From positions 213-64,212 of the forward strand of contig CAZUXR010000001.1 in NCBI GenBank assembly GCA_964624785.1: 64,000 nucleotides of DNA. Reading direction: 5' to 3'. A program made the translations under genes and the position numbers. Positions 9,588 through 17,968 of the stretch are shown here, piece after piece (position 1 is the stretch's first letter; each line of letters starts with the position of its first letter). The notes below the pieces were generated by a model. It saw only the letters and a list, made by a program, of their open reading frames with translations. It did not search any database and was not told where the DNA came from. This DNA is from an uncultured Candidatus Saccharibacteria bacterium. Lineage in GTDB: Bacteria > Patescibacteriota > Saccharimonadia > Saccharimonadales > UBA10212.

Positions 9588-9712
9588 ATTTTTGTTTTTG
9601 CAAGATCACCTAATCAGCAGCCAGCTTTTTGTTTTAACGGTTGTTTTTGTTTTTGTTGAAGCTCATTAAGTGGTTAATGAGCTAATGTGAAGCGAAGAAG
9701 CGCGATTTTTTG

Positions 9713-9841
9713 CCCCGCACCTGAAACTGCTTTCAACCCTGTGGTTGAAAAGTTGCTCTGATACTTGCATGAAATTTCCTAGAATCGTTAGATTTTAGTT
9801 AATTTCGGTGCGAAGCAACATGAGCAGTTTCAGGTGCGGGG
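9713..9841. repeat. 129-nt stem-closed element, copy 2
   Basis: It has the same termini as copy 1 (CCCCGCACCTGAAACTGCT ... AGCAGTTTCAGGTGCGGGG) and the same length. The internal hairpin is TCAACC-ctgt-GGTTGA at 9733-9748. The element lies 125 nt upstream of the rsmH start. Confidence 0.85.
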
Positions 9842-10040
9842 TCTCTTACTTTTTCGCTTACGTTGTAAAAAGTCTTGTTAAGGGACTTTTTTAGGTGGAG
9901 TTTTGGGAGGTGTTAGTGAGAGAAAAATGTACGAGGGTTTTTAAAGGTGGTTACCCTATTGATCCACCTGCTGACTGCCGAATAGCTAATCTCGATAGTT
10001 CTTGTTTACTTACCAATTTGTTAAAGATCTACCTATCCCG

Positions 10041-10415
10041 CTATAGCGACTCGGCCGATTGCTTGCTCATTAGCCGCCAATATTGGCCAGCCCGAACAGC
10101 AACAACATCGCGTTCTATACCCGCGGTGTCCAGCAAATGCTGCGGCAACTGAATGCGGCCTTGCTTTTGGTCTATTCCGCCATCAGCTTTGCCCATCCTA
10201 AATTGCACGTTCAAATCAGCTGTTCGCTCATCCAGGATTTGTCCTGTAAGCTGCGGCTCGACCTGCAATTCCCACACTGCTTTGGGGTATAGGTGGAGAT
10301 AATTTTTTTTAAAACCTCTGGTTATAACTACTCCGTCTTCAAACTCAATCCTAAGTTCGGTCGGTATGGTCAACCGCCGCTTATCATCGAGTTTCCTTTC
10401 AAAGTAATCTCCCAT
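10041..10415 (-). CDS. mraZ: transcriptional regulator MraZ (tandem SpoVT/AbrB-like domains)
   Basis: Two DxxxR-type motifs (LDDKRRLTIP and IDQKQGRIQLP), 124 aa, first gene of the dcw cluster. Confidence 0.9.
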   Translation of the reverse strand: MGDYFERKLDDKRRLTIPTELRIEFEDGVVITRGFKKNYLHLYPKAVWELQVEPQLTGQILDERTADLNVQFRMGKADGGIDQKQGRIQLPQHLLDTAGIERDVVAVRAGQYWRLMSKQSAESL

Positions 10416-10465
10416 GGTTTTTCTACTAGTGGTTTTTGTTTTTAGTTAGGTAACCTGTTTTGGGT

Positions 10466-10513
10466 TACCCACATTTACCCACTGCCATGAATATACTACC
10501 CACCACTACCCAC
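10466..10513 (-). promoter_or_regulatory. probable MraZ operator: four direct GTGGGTA repeats (TACCCAC on the + strand)
   Basis: TACCCAC occurs at 10466-10472, 10476-10482, 10497-10503 and 10507-10513, with spacings of 10, 21 and 10 bp. The array lies 51-98 nt upstream of the mraZ ATG. Confidence 0.5.
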
Positions 10514-10636
10514 TTGCAAGTGTTTTATACTAAAAAAGCGCTCGCATACTGAGCACTTTTCCACAGGATCACAATTCCGCCCAGTATTACACAATATATG
10601 GCGTTTAGTACGATTTGGTAGACGCTATTGTGCAGA

Positions 10637-11923
10637 TTAACTAGATAGGTTTTTTATGCGCTGCGCGTACCATTTGGCGCTGGGGCGAATCTGACGCTTC
10701 ATCCCATGTTTTCTGTCCACGCTAACCAGTCCAAACTTGGGCCACCAACCGTAACTCCATTCAAAATTATCTAGCAAACTCCAGTGCATATAACCGCGAA
10801 CGTCCACCCCTTCGCTCAATGCCCGCTCTATTGCTACGATCGTCTCTTCTATATACCAGCGCCGATATTCGTCCTGCGAATCAGCTAAACCACCTTCTGT
10901 AACGATGATCGGTTTGCCATAATGCGCCCATATTCGCAGCAGCAACGGATAGATTCCTTCTGGCTCCATGTAACTGCCCACATCGCTCAAGGGTACCTTG
11001 GGGTCGTCGATCTTAAACGGCAATGCGAACCGATAGTAATCACTAAAGTAATAATTAACTCCTATAAAGTCTTGTTCGCGGCGAACGCGGCGCAAGAACC
11101 ACCAATTCCAAAAATATCGCATAAATTCTGTTACCAGCTCGTCGTAAAAATTATGCGGCCTTTTGGCTTGAATATTCGCCAGCTGCGAGGCCAGGCTAAT
11201 TTGCAAACCGGGCTTTTGATGCTTAAGAATGTAATAAGCGCGGCGGTGAGCTAATGTTAAATTGCGATAAACCCTGCCGAATTTTAGTAGGCCATGATCA
11301 TTGGGAGGCCACGGTCCGGTGTTGGGCTCCGGAGCTAAATACCCAAAAGATGCGTAAACATTGGGTTCGTTGAGAGTTAACACATACCTAACGTCTGCGA
11401 TAAGTTCCTGGCCTACTTTGTGTACAAAACGTTCAAAATACTTTAGGTTGCGGCGCTTTAAAAAACCGCCCTTGTCGGCAAACCATACTGGAACCGTCCA
11501 ATGCCACAAAGTTAACATCGGCTCGATCCCTCTTTTTTTCAGTTCACCAAGATAGTTTTTATAGTGTTCGATCTCGTCTAGATCCCACACGCCCTCTTTT
11601 GGCTCTATTCGGGACCATTCAATGCCTACGCGCATAGTGTTTAGGTTTAATTTTTTAGCTATATCAAAATCTTTTTTGTATAAATTATAGTGATCTATGC
11701 CCTTGCCAGAAATATAGTTGGCAGGTGTTTGCGCTTCTTTACTAAAATTCTTCCAACCAGGCAAGCCGCTTAAACGATCTTTAGCAGTGCGCGCATATTC
11801 ATCGGCGTGGTCCCTTTCCCATACAGTCCACTGATTATGATTCCCGCCCTCTGATTGGTGAGCAGAAAGACTCGCCCCCCATAAAAAATCCTTAGGAAAT
11901 TTAAAATCCGTTTGTTCTTGCAT
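10637..11923 (-). CDS. GH1 family beta-glucosidase / 6-phospho-beta-glucosidase-like glycoside hydrolase
   Basis: FPKDFLWGASLSAHQSEGG at the N-terminus, TLNEPN (acid/base Glu), IVTEGG (nucleophile Glu) and WSLLDNFEW near the C-terminus. Confidence 0.9.
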   Translation of the reverse strand: MQEQTDFKFPKDFLWGASLSAHQSEGGNHNQWTVWERDHADEYARTAKDRLSGLPGWKNFSKEAQTPANYISGKGIDHYNLYKKDFDIAKKLNLNTMRVGIEWSRIEPKEGVWDLDEIEHYKNYLGELKKRGIEPMLTLWHWTVPVWFADKGGFLKRRNLKYFERFVHKVGQELIADVRYVLTLNEPNVYASFGYLAPEPNTGPWPPNDHGLLKFGRVYRNLTLAHRRAYYILKHQKPGLQISLASQLANIQAKRPHNFYDELVTEFMRYFWNWWFLRRVRREQDFIGVNYYFSDYYRFALPFKIDDPKVPLSDVGSYMEPEGIYPLLLRIWAHYGKPIIVTEGGLADSQDEYRRWYIEETIVAIERALSEGVDVRGYMHWSLLDNFEWSYGWWPKFGLVSVDRKHGMKRQIRPSAKWYAQRIKNLSS

Positions 11924-11951
11924 TCTAAAATCTATTGTATCAGTTTTTGCC

Positions 11952-14900
11952 TCAGCGCTTGTGGTTTGTTAGTAGATAATCTTGCCAGGCTTTTGGCTGT
12001 GAACCATCAATGTCTAAGTCGCCCAAACACTTAACTAGCAGGCGACCGAGTTCGCCGTTGGTAATTAGTGGCAAGTGATTATCGATTGCTACACGCCGGA
12101 TAATGTAGCCGTCGTTTCCATCCAGCCCGTCTTCGGCCGGAATACTGATCATCAGCGATATTTTTTGGTCCGCAATTGCGGATTCTACGCTAGGTTCGCG
12201 GCGGTCTTTGATTTTATAAAGAAGCGTCGTCTGCACCCCGTGCTCTTTAAATAAGTCGTGCGTACCGGGAGTAGTATATACATTCCAGCCCTTTTTGATA
12301 AGCTTTGCCGTAACTTCAACAAACTTGAATTTATATTCATCCGGCAATGCGAGAAACAAATTTTTGCCTTTTAGATTTTGTTCGGTCGCCAACCACGAGC
12401 GCATAAATGCCTCGTCCAAGCTGCTGCCAAAGCAGGCCACTTCCCCGGTAGAAGCCATCTCTACACCCGCCACTGGATCGGCACCTTTTAGTCGATTGTA
12501 AGAAAATTGCGGACTCTTCACTCCAACGTAATCGTACTCCAAAGTTTGGTAGCGAATATTATTTTCTATTCCTAAAATCGCTTCTGCAGCAATTTGTATA
12601 AAGTTGTGCCCGGAAATTTTAGAAATAAACGGAAACGAACGCGACGCCCGCACATTGCATTCAATTACTTTTAGCTGGTTATCTTTGGCAATAAACTGCA
12701 CGTTGAACGGGCCGGTAATGTTTAGGTTGGCGACAATTTGGCGCGTAATATTTTTGGCTCGACGGACTGTTTCTAGATACAAACTCTGCGCCGGGAACAC
12801 CACAGTCGCATCGCCGGAATGTACGCCTGCATTTTCTACGTGCTCGCTTATGGCATATATAATCAGCTGGCCATTACTGGCAACTCCGTCAATTTCTAAC
12901 TCCTTCGCATGAGTAATAAACTGCGAAATCACCACCGGATGGTCGGGCGACAGTTTTGCTGCTTCTTTTAGATACCGGGCAAGTTCTTGCTCGTTACCAA
13001 CTACGTTCATCGCCCCGCCGGACAAAACATATGATGGGCGAATCAAAACCGGATAGCCAACACGAGCCGCAAAAACTTTGGCGCGCGCAAGGCTAGAAAC
13101 TTCTTGCCAGGCGGGTTGATCAATATTGAACTCGCCGAGCATGGCCGAAAATTTTTGCCGGTCTTCTGCGCGGTCGATGTCTTTAGCTTTTGTTCCAAGA
13201 ATCGGATAACCTGCCCGCTCTAGCGGCAACGCAAGGTTGTTAGCAATCTGCCCACCCACGGACACAATAATTCCCTGCGGGCGTTCAAAATCAGCAATAT
13301 CACGCATTCGCTCCAGCGTTAATTCCTCAAAATACAAGCGGTCGGAACGATCAAAATCGGTCGAAACCGTCTCTGGATTGGAGTTAACAATGATTGTTTT
13401 GCGCCCACGGGCCTGCAAAGTTTTAGCAGTATTAACCGCACACCAATCAAACTCCACCGACGAACCGATGCAATACGGACCAGAACCAACCACAACAACG
13501 GCCTTACCGTCCAGTGGCTCAATGTCGTCTTCCTGCCCGTGGTAGGTCGTATAAAGATAGTTAGTTTTAGCGTCAAACTCGCCAGCAAGTGTGTCGATTT
13601 GTTTAATTACGGGTTTGATTCCGAGCTTTAGTCGGCGTCTTCTAATTTCTTCTTCTGTCTTACCTTTTATAAAAGCCAGTGCTTTGTCGGAGAATCCGAC
13701 TTGCTTAGCCGCCCGCAGTAAATCCTCGTTCAGATTATTTTTTTTGACCTCGCTTTCCATATGCGCGATGTCGGCAACTTGACCCAAAAACCATTTGTCG
13801 ATTTTAGACAGATCGTGAATTTTGTCCACGCTTACCCCACTTTTAAGCGCCTCATAAATTGCAAACAACCGCCGATCAGTGGCACGAGTAATTTCTTCTA
13901 ATGGATCGTCAAAATCATGCAGCTCAGTGCTCAGTCCGTCGGCACCAATATTTAGCATACGCACTGCTTTTTGCAGAACTTCTGGGAACGACCGCCCCAA
14001 AGCCATAACTTCTCCCACGCTCTTCATTTCTGATCCAATTTGATGGTCGCTAGATTTTAGTTTGGTTAGATCCCAACGCGGCATTTTTAGTGCCAAATAA
14101 TCCAGCGCCGGTTCGTAAAATGCCGATGTTTGACCAGTCACAGCGTTTTTAAGCTCAGGCAAAAGCTTGCCCAAACTCAGTTTGGTTGCCACGAATGCCA
14201 GCGGATAGCCGGTCGCTTTAGACGCTAGCGCGCTGGAACGGCTAAGCCGAGCGTTAACTTCAATAACCCGATAGTCGCCATTTTCTGGGTTAAGGGCGTA
14301 CTGGATGTTGCACTCGCCAATTATTCCTAAGTGGTTAATGGTTTTGATCGCTACTTCACGCAAATGATGATATTCGCGGTTAGTTAAAGTTTGCGACGGT
14401 GCCACCACAATGCTCTCGCCAGTGTGAATTCCCATTGGGTCAAAGTTTTCCATGTTGCAGACCGTAATTGTGTTGCCTGCTCGGTCGCGCACAACTTCGT
14501 ATTCGATTTCTTTCCAGCCGCGCAGGTATTCTTCTATCAAAATTTGTGGGGCCGCTTTAAACGCCGGCGCGGCTTTTTTGCGAAGTTCGTCTGCATTGTT
14601 TACCCTGCCCGACCCCAGTCCGCCAAGACTAAAGCCCGAGCGCAGCATTACCGGATAGCCGATTTTTTCGGCCGCCGCAAGCGCTCCGCTTAAATCATAC
14701 GTGGCGATACTGCGAGCTGTTTTAATATCAATCTGTTTTAGCGCATCTTTAAAAAGTTCGCGGTCCTCGGTTATGTTGATCGTGTCGACCGGAGTACCCA
14801 GAACTTTAATGCCAAGTTTTTTAAACACGCCGATTTCGTATAATTTTAGTCCCAGATTTAGCGCGGTCTGGCCGCCAAAACTTAGCAGTACGGCGTCTGG

Positions 14901-15140
14901 TTTTTCGCGTTTTAGAATTTTGGTAACTTCGCCCACGTTAAGCGGCTGAAAGTAAACCCGGTCCGCCATATCGTGGTCGGTCTGCACGGTCGCAATGTTT
15001 GGATTAATCAGCACCGTTTCTATCCCATCCTCTTTTAATGCTTTAATGGCCTGCGATCCAGAATAATCAAACTCGCCAGCCTGGCCTATGCGCAGACCGC
15101 CAGAGCCGAAAATGATCGCCTTCCTTATTTTTGTGCTCAT
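11952..15140 (-). CDS. carB: carbamoyl-phosphate synthase large subunit
   Basis: 1062 aa with duplicated ATP-grasp halves and N-terminal GSGGLRIGQAGEFDYSG. Its start overlaps the carA stop (ATGA). Confidence 0.95.
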   Translation of the reverse strand: MSTKIRKAIIFGSGGLRIGQAGEFDYSGSQAIKALKEDGIETVLINPNIATVQTDHDMADRVYFQPLNVGEVTKILKREKPDAVLLSFGGQTALNLGLKLYEIGVFKKLGIKVLGTPVDTINITEDRELFKDALKQIDIKTARSIATYDLSGALAAAEKIGYPVMLRSGFSLGGLGSGRVNNADELRKKAAPAFKAAPQILIEEYLRGWKEIEYEVVRDRAGNTITVCNMENFDPMGIHTGESIVVAPSQTLTNREYHHLREVAIKTINHLGIIGECNIQYALNPENGDYRVIEVNARLSRSSALASKATGYPLAFVATKLSLGKLLPELKNAVTGQTSAFYEPALDYLALKMPRWDLTKLKSSDHQIGSEMKSVGEVMALGRSFPEVLQKAVRMLNIGADGLSTELHDFDDPLEEITRATDRRLFAIYEALKSGVSVDKIHDLSKIDKWFLGQVADIAHMESEVKKNNLNEDLLRAAKQVGFSDKALAFIKGKTEEEIRRRRLKLGIKPVIKQIDTLAGEFDAKTNYLYTTYHGQEDDIEPLDGKAVVVVGSGPYCIGSSVEFDWCAVNTAKTLQARGRKTIIVNSNPETVSTDFDRSDRLYFEELTLERMRDIADFERPQGIIVSVGGQIANNLALPLERAGYPILGTKAKDIDRAEDRQKFSAMLGEFNIDQPAWQEVSSLARAKVFAARVGYPVLIRPSYVLSGGAMNVVGNEQELARYLKEAAKLSPDHPVVISQFITHAKELEIDGVASNGQLIIYAISEHVENAGVHSGDATVVFPAQSLYLETVRRAKNITRQIVANLNITGPFNVQFIAKDNQLKVIECNVRASRSFPFISKISGHNFIQIAAEAILGIENNIRYQTLEYDYVGVKSPQFSYNRLKGADPVAGVEMASTGEVACFGSSLDEAFMRSWLATEQNLKGKNLFLALPDEYKFKFVEVTAKLIKKGWNVYTTPGTHDLFKEHGVQTTLLYKIKDRREPSVESAIADQKISLMISIPAEDGLDGNDGYIIRRVAIDNHLPLITNGELGRLLVKCLGDLDIDGSQPKAWQDYLLTNHKR

Positions 15141-16243
15141 TTTATTAGCTCGTAAAATTTAGTGAATAAATGATTAGTATCGGTGGGCCCGGGGGCGGCT
15201 TCCGGATGAAACTGCACTGCAAAGAATGGTTTGGATTTATGAATAATTCCTTCTACGGAATTATCATTTAAGTTGCGGAACCATACACGCCAGCCACTTG
15301 GTAGTTTTTTATCGTCAAGCGCGTAACTGTGATTCTGGCTGGTAATGTAGCATTTACCCGAGCCCGATTCCTGGCATGGCTGGTTGTGGCCACGGTGCCC
15401 AAACGGTAATTTATAAGTAGAAGCGCCGGCCGCCAATCCCATAATTTGGCTTCCCAGGCAAATCCCAAAAACCGGTTTGTTACGAGCTAAGACTTTCTTG
15501 ACGATCGCCACCGTGGCCCTATAATCCGTTGGATCGCCCGGGCCGTTAGACAAAAGTACGCCGTCGTATTCCTCGCCGCTAAAATCATAGTCCATCGGTA
15601 CATGCTTAACCTGCACGGGCAGCTTTAGCAGCTCGCGCAAAATGTTGGCTTTTGCTCCGCAGTCTACCAAAATAACCTTCTTTTTTTGGTTTGCATTGTA
15701 AATTTCTGGACGAGCGATCGTTACGAACTTGGGCTCAAAGCTGAATTTTTTTGGATCAACTTTGCCAGCACTAATCGCTCCAAGCATTGTGCCGCGAGTT
15801 CGCAAATGTTTGGTTAATGCCCTGGTATCTACTCCAAAAATGATCGGCACGCTCTGGCTTTTTAGCCATTCCAATAGCGAACTTTTGGCCTTCGCATGAG
15901 CGTAATGCACGGCCGCCTCACTCACAATAACGCCGCTAGCTTGGATTTTGCCAGACTCCCCGTCATCCGGATTAACCCCGTAATTTCCAATCAGCGGATA
16001 GGTAAAAGTTAGTATTTGCCCGGCGTAACTTGGATCGGTCAGTGACTCAACATAACCACTCATTCCGGTATTAAACACCACCTCGCCCTCAAACACACCG
16101 TCTTGCCACATCGGCTGCCGTCCACTAAATTCTCTACCATCGCCGAGAGTTAGAATAGCTTTTTTAAAAGAAAAATCGCCCCTTGCGGAGCGATTATTAT
16201 CCGATTTTGCTTTAGAATAAGTTGTTAGATTTTTACTCAACAC
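15137..16243 (-). CDS. carA: carbamoyl-phosphate synthase small (glutamine amidotransferase) subunit
   Basis: GATase triad context (GICLGSQIM, HRGHNQP, FHPEA). It is translationally coupled to carB. Confidence 0.9.
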   Translation of the reverse strand: MLSKNLTTYSKAKSDNNRSARGDFSFKKAILTLGDGREFSGRQPMWQDGVFEGEVVFNTGMSGYVESLTDPSYAGQILTFTYPLIGNYGVNPDDGESGKIQASGVIVSEAAVHYAHAKAKSSLLEWLKSQSVPIIFGVDTRALTKHLRTRGTMLGAISAGKVDPKKFSFEPKFVTIARPEIYNANQKKKVILVDCGAKANILRELLKLPVQVKHVPMDYDFSGEEYDGVLLSNGPGDPTDYRATVAIVKKVLARNKPVFGICLGSQIMGLAAGASTYKLPFGHRGHNQPCQESGSGKCYITSQNHSYALDDKKLPSGWRVWFRNLNDNSVEGIIHKSKPFFAVQFHPEAAPGPTDTNHLFTKFYELIK

Positions 16244-16370
16244 TTAAATATAGATTGTACTAGAATATCTCACGGCCCGCAAATTTTATGCACGTACTCA
16301 CTACATCGTGGACACTTGGCGACCCAACAGCTTTAGCCATACAAGAACCACCCCTAAATTGAAGTTTATT

Positions 16371-16414
16371 CAAATTATCATAAAATCGGCGATCGCCGAT
16401 TTTATGATAATTTG
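16371..16414. repeat. 44-bp perfect palindrome with GCGATCGC core
   Basis: CAAATTATCATAAAATCGGCGATCGCCGATTTTATGATAATTTG is its own reverse complement. It lies in the divergent carA / 16477 promoter region. Confidence 0.9.
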
Positions 16415-16476
16415 TGTTAGTTTTTACACCATTCATGCTTATAAGATTAAAAAATCGTATATAATCAAGGCTATTC

Positions 16477-17319
16477 ATGAATCAAAAAGTTTTAATGTCT
16501 GGGGCGGAATATTTTACGGATGAATTCGCCATTAATCCTTACTACGGCTCCGGTCCTGCGGTAGATACCGCCGCAGCTGTCGCCGAACACAAGTCAATCC
16601 AAGCCGCACTTAAAAAAGCCGGGGTAGAAATAGTTAAGGTTGACGCCCCGCCTGGCTGCCAGGACGGCGTCTACACTGCCAACTGGGGACTTTGCCGCGG
16701 CAACAAGTGCGTGTTGTCTTCCCTGCCAAACAAACGCTCGAGCGAGGAACCTTATGCAGAAAAAGTACTCCATGAACTCGGCAAAGAAGTCACTAAACCA
16801 CCTATGCGTTTTAGTGGCCAGGGCGACGCCTTGCCCTGCGGCGATTACTTATTCGCCGGATCTACCTACCGCACCGACCCAGCAATTCACAAATTTTTAG
16901 CCGACACTCTTGGTTTTAAAGTAATTTCCTTGCAAACCGTTCCTAAATTAGACGATTATGGCCAACCACTGATCAACTCCGTTACTGGCTGGCCGGACAG
17001 TTTTTTCTACGACATCGACCTGGCGCTGTCCGTACTCACACCCAACCTTATAGCATGGTGCCCAAGCGCGTTTACGCCGCAAAGTCAGGACAAAATCAGC
17101 GCCTTGCCGATGGGCAAAATCGAAGTCAGCCACAAAGAAGCCGTCGAAAATTTTGCCTGCAACCTACTTAGCACCGGTCAAACTGTGGTAATGAGCAACA
17201 GCGCGCCGCAGTTTAAAGCAGCCATAGAAGCCCGCGGCCTAAAAACCATTACGCCGCGCATCACAGAACTCGGCAAAGGCGGCGGCTACATCCGCTGCAC
17301 CACTCTTACCTTGGAATAA
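16477..17319 (+). CDS. guanidino-group modifying enzyme superfamily protein (amidinotransferase / DDAH / arginine deiminase-related fold)
   Basis: 280 aa ending ...GKGGGYIRCTTLTLE (C-terminal catalytic Cys motif of the superfamily). The N-terminal VLMSGAEYF...INPY is typical of this family. Confidence 0.6.
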   Translation: MNQKVLMSGAEYFTDEFAINPYYGSGPAVDTAAAVAEHKSIQAALKKAGVEIVKVDAPPGCQDGVYTANWGLCRGNKCVLSSLPNKRSSEEPYAEKVLHELGKEVTKPPMRFSGQGDALPCGDYLFAGSTYRTDPAIHKFLADTLGFKVISLQTVPKLDDYGQPLINSVTGWPDSFFYDIDLALSVLTPNLIAWCPSAFTPQSQDKISALPMGKIEVSHKEAVENFACNLLSTGQTVVMSNSAPQFKAAIEARGLKTITPRITELGKGGGYIRCTTLTLE

Positions 17320-17360
17320 ATTTTTGCGTTATTAGTTAATTAGTAGTATAATATCGTTAT

Positions 17361-17404
17361 CTTTTGCGGTTCGCCAGATTTGGCAGATCCAAAAGGAGTT
17401 TTTT
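17361..17404 (+). terminator. candidate intrinsic terminator after the 16477 gene
   Basis: Stem CTTTTG (17361-66) / CAAAAG (17390-95) with inner stem GCCA/TGGC, followed by a T6 run at 17399-17404. Confidence 0.4.
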
Positions 17405-17407
17405 AAC

Positions 17408-17710
17408 AAGGCAGGGTTTTTATATGCTCAAGGAACGCTTTTCCGGGTAGTGCTTCTTCTTTTTAGGGAACCAAACCTCAACCGACTGGAGCAAAAAAGC
17501 AATGAGCGATGATGACTACATCACAGAAGAGATCGATGCGATGCTCAGGAACTACGCAGCCTTGACGGGCAGGGTCAGGAGGTTCATCCGACGACTATTC
17601 CGAGCGCGCTAGGCGCTGCGCCTAACGCGCAGCGATACAATCAAAATCTCTCGCCAGGACGGTGCCGCCCCAAAAGCATCGTCCTGGCACAGCCACTAAA
17701 ACCCTGCCTT
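17408..17710. other. high-GC islet 2: 303-bp module closed by a 13-bp inverted repeat
   Basis: AAGGCAGGGTTTT (17408-17420) pairs with AAAACCCTGCCTT (17698-17710). The interior is GC-rich (nt 17581-17640 hand count 37/60) and has a GCCAGGACG...CGTCCTGGC hairpin. Confidence 0.7.
17502..17612 (+). CDS. possible 36-aa micro-ORF (acidic N-terminus, Arg-rich amphipathic C-terminus)
   Basis: MSDDDYITEEIDAMLRNYAALTGRVRRFIRRLFRAR. A GGAG lies 12 nt upstream. It is below the ORF-track cutoff and there is no homology evidence. Confidence 0.25.
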   Translation: MSDDDYITEEIDAMLRNYAALTGRVRRFIRRLFRAR

Positions 17711-17742
17711 AATTTTTTATAACACAACTAATTCACCGCATT

Positions 17743-17897
17743 GGACTTTCGCACTTTTCCATAGCAACAGACCATAGCTGACTGACCAACAAACTGCCTA
17801 TCTTTTCTCGGTGTAGCTATAGCTACTCCTCAAAAACCTAAACAGTTTTCGTCCAAACCAGCTACACCCTGTTATCTACAGAAAAGTGCGAAAGTCC
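17743..17897. repeat. 155-nt stem-closed element in the pyrB leader (17-bp perfect terminal inverted repeat)
   Basis: GGACTTTCGCACTTTTC (17743-17759) pairs with GAAAAGTGCGAAAGTCC (17881-17897). There is an inner stem GGTGTAGCT / AGCTACACC. Confidence 0.8.
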
Positions 17898-17968
17898 TAT
17901 AAAGCCCGCACGCAAACAATTTGAGTTTTACCAGCTAATAATAAATACTGGGACATAGAAAACAGGAG

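Noticed and set aside
8441-9841. Whether the two identical-ended 129-nt elements are a CRISPR array or leader.
   Set aside because: There are only two copies, 1.27 kb apart, with a full gene (rsmH) between them. The units are 129 nt with internal divergence rather than short direct repeats with spacers, and no cas genes are present.
9842-10040. Small hairpins (AAAAAGTC..GACTTTTT and GGTGG..CCACC) downstream of mraZ as a terminator separating mraZ from rsmH.
   Set aside because: The stems are short and AT-rich with no clear U-tract on the minus strand, which is not enough evidence to call a terminator.
16260-16523. ORFs 16260..16478 (-) and 16308..16523 (+) in the carA / 16477 divergent region.
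   Set aside because: They overlap each other, the 44-bp palindrome and the start of the 16477 gene. They have no SD and no motifs, and the region is better explained as promoter or operator DNA.
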